DNA of 64,000 bases from Anaerolineae bacterium (GTDB lineage Bacteria > Chloroflexota > Anaerolineae > JAAEKA01): the NCBI GenBank assembly GCA_032111745.1, contig JAULUH010000280.1:23349-87348 (forward strand), given 5' to 3'. Below, in pieces: positions 57,048 through 64,000 of this stretch (positions within the stretch are counted from its first letter, which is position 1; the number at the start of each line of letters is the position of its first letter). Position numbers and translations under genes: made by a program. A model generated the notes under the pieces. It was not told where the DNA came from, did not search any database, and saw nothing but the letters and a program-made list of their open reading frames with translations.

Positions 57048-59954
57048 TCAAGGCCCAGACTGGCCGGCGGCCGGCCGCAGCGGAATCGTCACCTGCCAGG
57101 GCTGGTCCCTCCGGCCGAACTCGATAAAGACGTCCCTTGGCTTCCTGCCCTGTTCCTCCAGCAGCAGCAGCTCGTTGTGGTCCTGCAGCCACGACTGCGG
57201 GAGCTTGGTCCATTCTTGCGGCCCGATCTGCCAGTAGCGGCCGGCGTTGTGCCCGTTTAGCCACACCTGGCCCTTGCCCATGCCCCGCAGGCTCAGCCGG
57301 CACGGGCCCGGCCCATCGGTAGCCTCGTCGTAGTCGAACCTGGCCCGCCAGAACTGCGGTGCACTCGGGCCACCACCGCCTGGCACCGGAACCGTGGCGG
57401 GGGTCACGCCAGGACGAAAGCTCCACTGGGCCTGCAGGGCCTGCGCCTGGTCATAGTGCAAAAGCCAGGCCCGCCAGGGCAGCCCGGCGTAGCCCTGGAT
57501 GTGCAGGGCCAGCACGTTGGTGCCGGGACGCAGCAGCGCAGTCACGTCCTCCTTGATTACACCGCCTCCATAGTGCCGGCTGAAGCGTACCACGGGTCGG
57601 CCGTTGACGAACAGGGCCCCGGGATTGCGGTCGCCCGTCATGACCACCACGGCGCGGTGGCCATCCGGCACGTGAATCTCCCGTAGCAGCCATACGTCCG
57701 GTCCGCTGAAGGGGAAACAGCTGATGTCGACATCCTTGGCGTCGGGCCGCACATGGGCCGGCTGGCTGCCGCCGATGGCCTCGCCGGCGAACGTGGCCTC
57801 CTGCCACAGGGCCACCCAGCCCTTGGTGATATCCTCCTGGATGCCGCCCCAGTAGAGCGTATCCAACAGCCCCTTGCGCTCCCCGAGGTTGCTGCCATAG
57901 TTGAACCGGCCCAGGTTGTCCACCAACAGCCGGATGTCGTGGCGCCCGGCCGGCAGGTGCAGGGTCAGCGCCATGCCCGTCGCGCCCGGCCCCACCCCCA
58001 ACACTCCGGCCACCTGGCCGTCCATCAGTACCGTGGCCCGGTCGGCCAGGGCAGGCGCGGTCAGGGTCGTCACCACCGGCTCGGCGATCTCGATCTCGGC
58101 CCGATACCAGCCGTAGCCCAGCAGGCAGCCCAGCACCTCCAGGGGCTGGGGCCGCTCCATGGCCTGCCAGCCATCTTCCGCCGAGCGCTCCACGACGTCC
58201 ACCTGAGCCCACCGGGCCGGACGGAGCACGGTGTGCCGGCCAGCGGAGACGGCCGGCGCGGGCAGCTCTCTGGCTGTGCCATCAGGCCATATCATCAGCA
58301 GCGGAAGCAGACTCTCGCCGGTGCATTGGATAGCCAGCCCATCCTCGCTCATTTCCCACTCGCTCACCAGGTCCGGCCCGCACAGAAAGCCGTGCTCACC
58401 CAGGGGCCACCAGCGCGCCGCTCGATCCCCGGTCAGGAACACCACGGTCAGCGCATGGCCGGCCTCGACGCGCACCAGGGTCGGTGTGGAGCCTATCCAG
58501 TAGGAGATGGTTAGGTGCTCGCCGGCCGCATCACAGGCGGCTGTGTCGGGATCGAGGATGCGCCACGCCTGTCCCCCCGGCACGGCCAGGCCGACCTGGC
58601 CCACCTCCCCGGCGAAGCCATGGAAGACCAGCACATCGCCCTCCGGCAACGACCAGAAGCCCAGCAGGTGAGAGGTATGCCAGCGCAACGTCAGCCCCTG
58701 CTCACCCAGGGGGAGGTTGCCGTAGATGGGCTTGACCGACCCGGCGTCCACCTCGATTGCCAGGTGCGCCGGCGGCTGCCCGGGTAGAAAAAGCTGGAAG
58801 GTATGGCGCTCCAGGGCCGGGTTCTGCAGGAAGGTGGCGGTGGTGGGGCCGAGGTGCACGTTGCGCAGCGGCTCGGCGCCACTGGCAGCCCGGCCCGGAA
58901 TGGCTGGCGGCACCACCACGCGGGCACCTCCGGGGCTGGCATCAGCCATCAGCCGGCTGACCTGGCTGCCCAGCGTGTTGAGGAACAGGTGATGGCGCCG
59001 GGCCGCGTAGAACTTGGGCGTCAGGCCGCCATACTCATCCACCGGCGCCCCGTAGTCGTAGCTGGTGGTCATGAAGATGGTGTCCCCGCCCACGGTCCGC
59101 CCACCCCAATAGCCGAAATGGCTGCCGCCGGCCCACATCCAGTGGCTGAAGCCCGCGCAGCCCACCGCCAGCAACTCGTGTAGCTTCCAGTCCAGCGCGG
59201 CTGCCGTCCGGCCATCGTGGCGGCTGCTGCCCCAGTCGTCAAACCAGCCGCTCCACAGCTCGCTGACGATCATCGGGTTGTCGGGCCAGGCCCGCCGCGT
59301 GGCCTCCAGCTTCTGGGCGATGCCGCTCCAGCCATTGCGGAACTCTGGCCAGCTCCGGCCTGCGCCCATGCAGGTGTATAAGGGCACGGTGATGCCCCGT
59401 CGTACCAGCGCTTCGGCCTGGCGCTGCTGGTAGTCATCGTGCCCGTAGACACCGCTGGCCCAATGCTCGTTCTCGATCTGCACCAGGATAATGGGTCCGC
59501 CCTCATCCACCTGGCGCTCGGCCAGCAGGGGGATCAGCCGGTCGAACCAGCGCTCCATAGGCGCGAGGAAACGCGGATCTGCCGTGCGCAGGGCCAGGCC
59601 GTTCTCGCCTGGGGCCAGGCGCGCCGTCAGCCAGGCCGGAAAGCCGGCGTTCTCCCATTCGGCGCAGATATATGGCGCCGGCCGTACGATGGCGAATAGC
59701 CCCAGCTCCACGATCAGGTCCAGGTACCCTGGCAGGTCGGCGTAGCCCTCGAAGTGCAAGATACCCTCCGCAGGCTCGTGCAGGTTCCACGGGATCACGG
59801 TGTCGATGGTATTCAGGCCGGCAGCACGGGCCTGCAGCAGGCGCTCGCGCCACTCAGCCCGCGGCCAGCGAAAATAGTGCAGCTGGCCTGCCAGCAGATA
59901 GAGGGGCTGGCCATCCAGGGCCAGCCCCTCCCGGGTGCAAGTCATGCGGCTCAT
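57048..59954 (-). CDS. beta-galactosidase, glycoside hydrolase family 35
   Basis: QLHYFRWPRAEWRERLLQARAAGLNTIDTVIPWNLHEP...PYICAEWENAGFPAWL...VQIENEH. Confidence 0.9.
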   Translation of the reverse strand: MSRMTCTREGLALDGQPLYLLAGQLHYFRWPRAEWRERLLQARAAGLNTIDTVIPWNLHEPAEGILHFEGYADLPGYLDLIVELGLFAIVRPAPYICAEWENAGFPAWLTARLAPGENGLALRTADPRFLAPMERWFDRLIPLLAERQVDEGGPIILVQIENEHWASGVYGHDDYQQRQAEALVRRGITVPLYTCMGAGRSWPEFRNGWSGIAQKLEATRRAWPDNPMIVSELWSGWFDDWGSSRHDGRTAAALDWKLHELLAVGCAGFSHWMWAGGSHFGYWGGRTVGGDTIFMTTSYDYGAPVDEYGGLTPKFYAARRHHLFLNTLGSQVSRLMADASPGGARVVVPPAIPGRAASGAEPLRNVHLGPTTATFLQNPALERHTFQLFLPGQPPAHLAIEVDAGSVKPIYGNLPLGEQGLTLRWHTSHLLGFWSLPEGDVLVFHGFAGEVGQVGLAVPGGQAWRILDPDTAACDAAGEHLTISYWIGSTPTLVRVEAGHALTVVFLTGDRAARWWPLGEHGFLCGPDLVSEWEMSEDGLAIQCTGESLLPLLMIWPDGTARELPAPAVSAGRHTVLRPARWAQVDVVERSAEDGWQAMERPQPLEVLGCLLGYGWYRAEIEIAEPVVTTLTAPALADRATVLMDGQVAGVLGVGPGATGMALTLHLPAGRHDIRLLVDNLGRFNYGSNLGERKGLLDTLYWGGIQEDITKGWVALWQEATFAGEAIGGSQPAHVRPDAKDVDISCFPFSGPDVWLLREIHVPDGHRAVVVMTGDRNPGALFVNGRPVVRFSRHYGGGVIKEDVTALLRPGTNVLALHIQGYAGLPWRAWLLHYDQAQALQAQWSFRPGVTPATVPVPGGGGPSAPQFWRARFDYDEATDGPGPCRLSLRGMGKGQVWLNGHNAGRYWQIGPQEWTKLPQSWLQDHNELLLLEEQGRKPRDVFIEFGRRDQPWQVTIPLRPAAGQSGP

Positions 59955-60841
59955 AGATCCTCCTGTGCTGGCAGGCCCGCAGGCAGCAGGTCGGCCAGCC
60001 GGTGAACGAAATACGTGGGGCGAATGGGGGAGGCCGCAGCCTGCTGGATGCTGGTGGCACCGGTCAGGGCCAGGGCCGCGTGCATGCCAGCGTTCAGGCC
60101 CATGGCCACATCGGTCTCCAGGCGGTCCCCGGTCATCAGGCAGGCTTCAGCTGGCAGGTTCAGCAGGCCCAGCACGGCGGCCGCCATGTGCGCCGAGGGC
60201 TTGCCCACGATCGCCTCTACCTTGGTGTCGGTGCAGGCCTCGATGGCGGCAATGATCGACGCCGCGTCGGGCTCGCCGCCGCCGGGCACCGGGCAATAGC
60301 GGTCGCCGTTGGTGGCGAAAAAGCGGGCTCCGCGACGGATGGCGTCGAAGGCCGTCTGCAGCTTCGCGTAGACGAAGGTGCGGTCGAAGCTGGCGATGAC
60401 CGCGTCGATGTGGGCCGGGTTGTCCGTCAGCTCGAAGCCGGCCTCCTCCAGCACATCTACTAGCGGCTGCTCGCCGACGATGAACAGCCTGGCACCCGGC
60501 ATGTGCCGGTGTAGGAAGTCAGCCATGACCAGGGAGGAGTTGATCACATCCCCTACCGGTGTCGGCAGGCCCAGCCGGTTCAGCTTGCCGGCCTGTTCCT
60601 CCCGGGTGTGGGTGGGGTTGTTGGAGAGAAACACCGTGCGCTTGCCCAGGCGCCGCAAGGCAGTGATGGTCTCGCCCGCCGTGGGCAACAGGGCGTCGCC
60701 CAGGTACACCGTGCCGTCCAGGTCGAAGATGTAGGCCTCATAGAGCGCGGCGGGCACGGTCAAGGCCCCGCCGGCTGGTCCGCCCAGGCCATGATGGAAA
60801 GTCGCCACAGGATAGAACCTCGCTTGCTGCCACAGGGACAT
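59951..60841 (-). CDS. HAD-IIA family phosphatase (NagD-like)
   Basis: YIFDLDGTVYLG (motif I), FLSNN, and the late GDRLETD. ATGA overlap with the GH35 start. Start placed at ATG 60841. Confidence 0.85.
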   Translation of the reverse strand: MSLWQQARFYPVATFHHGLGGPAGGALTVPAALYEAYIFDLDGTVYLGDALLPTAGETITALRRLGKRTVFLSNNPTHTREEQAGKLNRLGLPTPVGDVINSSLVMADFLHRHMPGARLFIVGEQPLVDVLEEAGFELTDNPAHIDAVIASFDRTFVYAKLQTAFDAIRRGARFFATNGDRYCPVPGGGEPDAASIIAAIEACTDTKVEAIVGKPSAHMAAAVLGLLNLPAEACLMTGDRLETDVAMGLNAGMHAALALTGATSIQQAAASPIRPTYFVHRLADLLPAGLPAQEDL

Positions 60842-60917
60842 GGCGATCGATTCGCCCTTTTCCGGGAAAAAGTGTGTTAACGTTTGCGCACATAGGGACA
60901 AAAACCGCCTGTGGCGC

Positions 60918-60946
60918 TTGCCAGGGCGGCCGATGTATGTTATACT
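60918..60946 (+). promoter_or_regulatory. sigma-70-type promoter (TTGCCA-17 nt-TATACT) for the first GNAT paralogue
   Basis: ttgcca at 60918-60923 and tatact at 60941-60946, followed by a 7-bp-arm palindrome atgacgc agc gcgtcat (60951-60967). Confidence 0.6.
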
Positions 60947-60973
60947 CTAGATGACGCAGCGCGTCATAATGCT

Positions 60974-61546
60974 ATGACCAACGACCAAGGACAGACTTCA
61001 TTTCGCACTCGCGATGGCCTGGAGGTCCGGGTGCGCCAGGAACAGGCCGGGGATGCCGGCCACCTGGTGCAGTTGTTCCAGAACCTGGGCCCGGCCAGCC
61101 GGTACAGCCGGTTCAGCAAAGATGCTACCCACGCGGACCCGGCGGCGATCCAGCACCGGGCCGAGGAGCTGGCCCGGCAGGAGCCACCGCACGACATGGC
61201 GTGGCTGGCCTTTGCCGACCTGCCCGGGGAGCCGGATGCCGTGCTGGCGGCGGCCCGCTACATGCGGCTGGCTGGTGAGGAAGACACCGGTGAGCTGGCC
61301 ATCAGCGTGCGGGACGACATGCAACGCCGGGGTATAGGCGGCCAGATGCTCAAGTTCTTATTGGAACAGGCCCGTGCCGACGGCATGCGCCGCCTGGTGG
61401 CCAACTTCCAGGCCACCAACCAGGGCGTCTTGGGATTGCTGCGACACTCGCCGTACCGGGTGCACACCAGGTTCGATGGCCCCATGGCCCACGCGGAGGT
61501 CGATCTCACGCAGCCGGTCCAAGCCGTCGCACCGGTGCATGATTGA
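60974..61546 (+). CDS. GNAT N-acetyltransferase, Pat-like (paralogue 1)
   Basis: DGLEVRVRQ...SRYSRFS...ELAISVRDDMQRRGIGGQMLKFLLEQAR. The RY.RF and Q/RxxGxG motifs resemble the GNAT domain of protein lysine acetyltransferases. Confidence 0.8.
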   Translation: MTNDQGQTSFRTRDGLEVRVRQEQAGDAGHLVQLFQNLGPASRYSRFSKDATHADPAAIQHRAEELARQEPPHDMAWLAFADLPGEPDAVLAAARYMRLAGEEDTGELAISVRDDMQRRGIGGQMLKFLLEQARADGMRRLVANFQATNQGVLGLLRHSPYRVHTRFDGPMAHAEVDLTQPVQAVAPVHD

Positions 61547-61615
61547 TCTCAGTCTGGCAGCATCCCGGCGATCCGTAGATCCACAAAAGAAGATCATCTG
61601 AATCAGGAGAGACTT

Positions 61616-62236
61616 GTGCAGGGTAACCGAAAGCGCTCAGACAATTTGAGCAACGCAACAGCCACCAGGAAGCTGAAATCGGTCAAGATGCCAGGCTGGT
61701 ACATCTTCCACTCCGATGATGGCCTGGAGGTGCGGGTGCGGCGCGAGTGCCCCGAGGATGCACCTTACCTGGTGGATGTTTTTGAGCATATGAGCCCGGA
61801 TAGCCGCTACCAGCGCTTCAACGAGTCGTTGGTGCAACCTGATCCGCAGCGGGTGTTGCATGAGGCGCAGCGCATGGCCCGCCTTAGCGAACCAGACGGC
61901 GCGGCCTGGATCGCGTTTGCCGACCTTCCGGGCCGGCCCAACGCGCCAATCGCCGGGGCACGATATGTCATCGTAGCCGACGGCGTGGCCGAGCTCGCCG
62001 TGGCCGTGCGCGATGATGTCCAGCGCCTGGGGATCGGATCGCACCTGCTGGTCTACGTGCTGGACCAGGCCAAGGCCGCCGGCATAGAGAAGATAATAGC
62101 CACGTTTCAGTCGAGCAACCGGGCTGTATGGCAGCTCTTACAGTACTCGCCGTACCACCTCACCTGGGACACCCAAGGTACGCAAACCGACGTCGTGATC
62201 CACTTGCAGCCGAAGATCAGAAAGGACCAGAACTAG
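61616..62236 (+). CDS. GNAT N-acetyltransferase, Pat-like (paralogue 2)
   Basis: DGLEVRVRR...SRYQRFN...ELAVAVRDDVQRLGIGSHLLVYVLDQAK, roughly 45% identical by eye to paralogue 1. GTG 61616 has an AGGAGA SD; the alternative start is ATG 61688. Confidence 0.8.
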   Translation: MQGNRKRSDNLSNATATRKLKSVKMPGWYIFHSDDGLEVRVRRECPEDAPYLVDVFEHMSPDSRYQRFNESLVQPDPQRVLHEAQRMARLSEPDGAAWIAFADLPGRPNAPIAGARYVIVADGVAELAVAVRDDVQRLGIGSHLLVYVLDQAKAAGIEKIIATFQSSNRAVWQLLQYSPYHLTWDTQGTQTDVVIHLQPKIRKDQN

Positions 62237-62278
62237 CCTGGCTGTCCCGATTCTCACAGCTGCGCGCAGGTGGGATCT

Positions 62279-62308
62279 GCAAAGGGGCTGCATTCGCAGC
62301 CCCTTTGC
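62279..62308. terminator. perfect 13-bp hairpin between convergent GNAT and ferritin genes
   Basis: gcaaaggggctgc attc gcagcccctttgc. Confidence 0.6.
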
Positions 62309-62346
62309 GCTTGGAGACGACAGAAGCCACCACGACGAACCTCAGA

Positions 62347-62371
62347 GGCGACTGAAGTCGCCGCCACGAAT
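62347..62371 (+). repeat. 25-nt dispersed repeat, copy D
   Basis: ggcgactgaagtcgccgccacgaat, matching copy C at 20 of 25 positions. It lies 50 kb from copies A-C, again in a convergent-gene spacer. Confidence 0.65.
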
Positions 62372-62382
62372 CCTGGGGGTGC

Positions 62383-62877
62383 TTACTCCGCCTCGCGGCT
62401 GCCCAACGCCCGATCTACCATATACAGGCCCGCTGGGGAATCGCCTACCAGCTCAAGCTGGGCCACCACATCGGTCGCGTTGCGCTCCTCCTCGACCTGC
62501 TCGTCGATGAACCACTGCAGCATGACCTGGGTCGGGTAGTCCTTCTCCTGCACGGCCAGGGCGTACAGGTCGTGAATCGACTTGGTGACCTTCTGCTCGT
62601 GGGCCAGCGCCTCCTTGAATGCTACGACGGGCGAGCTGAAGTCGCTGGGCGGTTGGGGAATGGCCTGCAGGATGACCTGTCCTCCGCGGTCGTGGACAAA
62701 GTCGAAAAACTTCATGGCGTGCTCCATCTCCTCCCCCTGCTGGATGCGCATCCAGTTAGCTGCACCGGGCAGGTTCTTGGACTGGAAGTAAGCCGCCATG
62801 GATAGGTACATGTAGGAGGAGTAGAGCTCCTTCTGGATCTGGTCGTTCAGGGCCTGCTGCATCTTGCTGCTTAACAC
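62383..62877 (-). CDS. ftnA: ferritin (non-haem, FtnA-like)
   Basis: MLSSKMQQALNDQIQKELYSSYMYLSMAAYF...EEMEHAMKFFDF aligns with E. coli FtnA from residue 1. GTG start with an AAGGAG SD. Confidence 0.9.
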   Translation of the reverse strand: MLSSKMQQALNDQIQKELYSSYMYLSMAAYFQSKNLPGAANWMRIQQGEEMEHAMKFFDFVHDRGGQVILQAIPQPPSDFSSPVVAFKEALAHEQKVTKSIHDLYALAVQEKDYPTQVMLQWFIDEQVEEERNATDVVAQLELVGDSPAGLYMVDRALGSREAE

Positions 62878-62939
62878 GTCTTGGTTCTCCTTTCACACTG
62901 CATCGCTGCTGAGTGCTCTCACTGCCGAAAGCCACCCCT

Positions 62940-62968
62940 ATTGTACCTTGCCGCGGGAGGCCGGTCAA
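62940..62968 (-). promoter_or_regulatory. sigma-70-type promoter for ferritin (TTGACC-17 nt-TACAAT)
   Basis: Minus strand reads ttgacc ggcctcccgcggcaagg tacaat. Confidence 0.6.
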
Positions 62969-63003
62969 AATGCCAGGGAAAGCGCCTGCCGGCAGATATC
63001 TGG

Positions 63004-63990
63004 TCAGACTGTTTCGGCTCGCATTTTTTCCCAGGCCAGCCAGCCCGGCAGCCGGCGATAGCCAAGCTTGGCATTGAGCTCCAGGATGGGGGGGTTGGCG
63101 GTGTCGTTGTGGGCGCGCGTCTCACGGTAGCCGCGTTGCTTCATGAAACGGAAGGATTCCAGCTTCAGCGCCATGGCGATGCCCTGCCCCCGGTGCTCGC
63201 GCAGCACCCCGGTGGATCCGGTGATAGCTGGCCCGTCGACCAGCAGCTCCAGCGCAGTGAGGCCGACCAGCTCGTCCCCGCGCTTGGCCAGGAATATGGC
63301 CGCCGGGTCGATGGTGGGGCCCTCCAGTATGAAGGTACGCCAGGTCTCAAACACGGGCTCGATGCGCGCGCCACCGGGAAATGGCACGTCGGCCATCGCC
63401 TGACTAAACAACTCAAAGAGCCGTTGGTCGGCGTCGGCGTGCCGGCCGCGCTCGGCCGCGTGGGTCGTGATGGTGTAGCCCGCCTGCGCCATGCGGTCGA
63501 AGGCCCCGACGAACGGGGTCTCGTCGAAGGTCTCCAGATCGAGCGCCGACTCGAAGCGGATGCCGATATTGCTGTAGCCGGCATACTCGGCAAACCTGAT
63601 GCTCTCGGCCGAGTCCTCCCGGCAATTGGCCCACAGGCGCCCGGCACCTTGCGCCCAGCCGAAGGGCTCCACCGCTGCTAATAGCGCCTGCCCAACGCCG
63701 CGATGCCGGAAGTCGGGGTGCACCATGACCTCCACCCAATAGGCACCCGGCGTGGACATGCCTATGGGGTGTATACAGGAGCCGAAGGCCACCACCTGGC
63801 CGTCCTCCCATTCGACCACGTAGCGCAGCCTCGGGTTATCCTGGGGATAGGTGCGTTCCCAGTGCTCCACCATCTCGACTGTCATAGGCTCGTCGGGATA
63901 GGTGCGATTGAGGATCGCCACCTCGTAGGGGATATCCTCGACGGTGAAGTCGCGCAGTCGAAATGGCCGGCCGGATCCTTGTTGGTTCAT
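63004..63990 (-). CDS. GNAT-family N-acetyltransferase with two tandem GNAT domains
   Basis: 328 aa with two acetyl-CoA-binding-like loops (HPDFRHRGVGQALL and LREHRGQGIAMAL), a MshD/Eis-like architecture. Confidence 0.8.
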   Translation of the reverse strand: MNQQGSGRPFRLRDFTVEDIPYEVAILNRTYPDEPMTVEMVEHWERTYPQDNPRLRYVVEWEDGQVVAFGSCIHPIGMSTPGAYWVEVMVHPDFRHRGVGQALLAAVEPFGWAQGAGRLWANCREDSAESIRFAEYAGYSNIGIRFESALDLETFDETPFVGAFDRMAQAGYTITTHAAERGRHADADQRLFELFSQAMADVPFPGGARIEPVFETWRTFILEGPTIDPAAIFLAKRGDELVGLTALELLVDGPAITGSTGVLREHRGQGIAMALKLESFRFMKQRGYRETRAHNDTANPPILELNAKLGYRRLPGWLAWEKMRAETV

Positions 63991-64000
63991 GGCATTTCCT

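Noticed and set aside
60974-62236. The GNAT pair as a GNAT-toxin/antitoxin module.
   Set aside because: There is no small RHH or DUF1778-type antitoxin ORF adjacent. Both proteins are about 190 aa and paralogous to each other, and the motifs look Pat-like rather than TacT/AtaT-like.

Overview
Visibly GC-rich, densely packed bacterial chromosomal segment (GC not computed). I call 51 protein genes and one tRNA, and most are housekeeping or central metabolism. From left to right: relA/spoT (partial at the left edge, missing from the ORF track), a DUF937-like gene, tRNA-Arg(UCG), an LCP-family gene, a fused aconitase-X, an orphan sugar-binding lipoprotein, tex, and a dgt-like dNTPase. Next come a dprA-topA-xerC operon, rpsP-KH-rimM, a Nudix gene, rocD, mutY, a DUF362-like gene, an AKR-lipoprotein-ADH cluster, and rhodanese-SulP. 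A 1274-aa secreted phosphodiesterase/5'-nucleotidase fusion follows, then a YpdA-like oxidoreductase, dnaE, crtB-(alpha/beta hydrolase)-crtI, PBP1A and mltG. The right end holds galK-melA, a CBM48-like/Clp-like/MFS trio, two M20 peptidases, GH35-HAD, two tandem GNAT paralogues, ferritin and a double-GNAT gene. Many intergenic regions carry near-consensus TTGACA-17-TAnnnT promoters and long GC-rich hairpins. I found no transposase, phage block, CRISPR array, rRNA or recognisable defence island, so this reads as a core region rather than an accessory island. Lineage is not determinable by eye; LCP, crt genes and the zinc-ribbon-extended TopA hint weakly at a Chloroflexota-like organism. The items most worth a second look are listed below, all with modest interest because nothing could be searched or folded here. 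(1) A translationally coupled CBM48-like mini-protein, a Clp/Hsp100 AAA+ with a degenerate first ATPase module, and an MFS pump. (2) An alpha/beta hydrolase embedded between crtB and crtI. (3) A small dispersed 25-nt repeat family and unusually long hairpins abutting start codons. (4) A Cys-rich mini-protein with a palindrome at its RBS. (5) A sigma-54-like element upstream of rocD.
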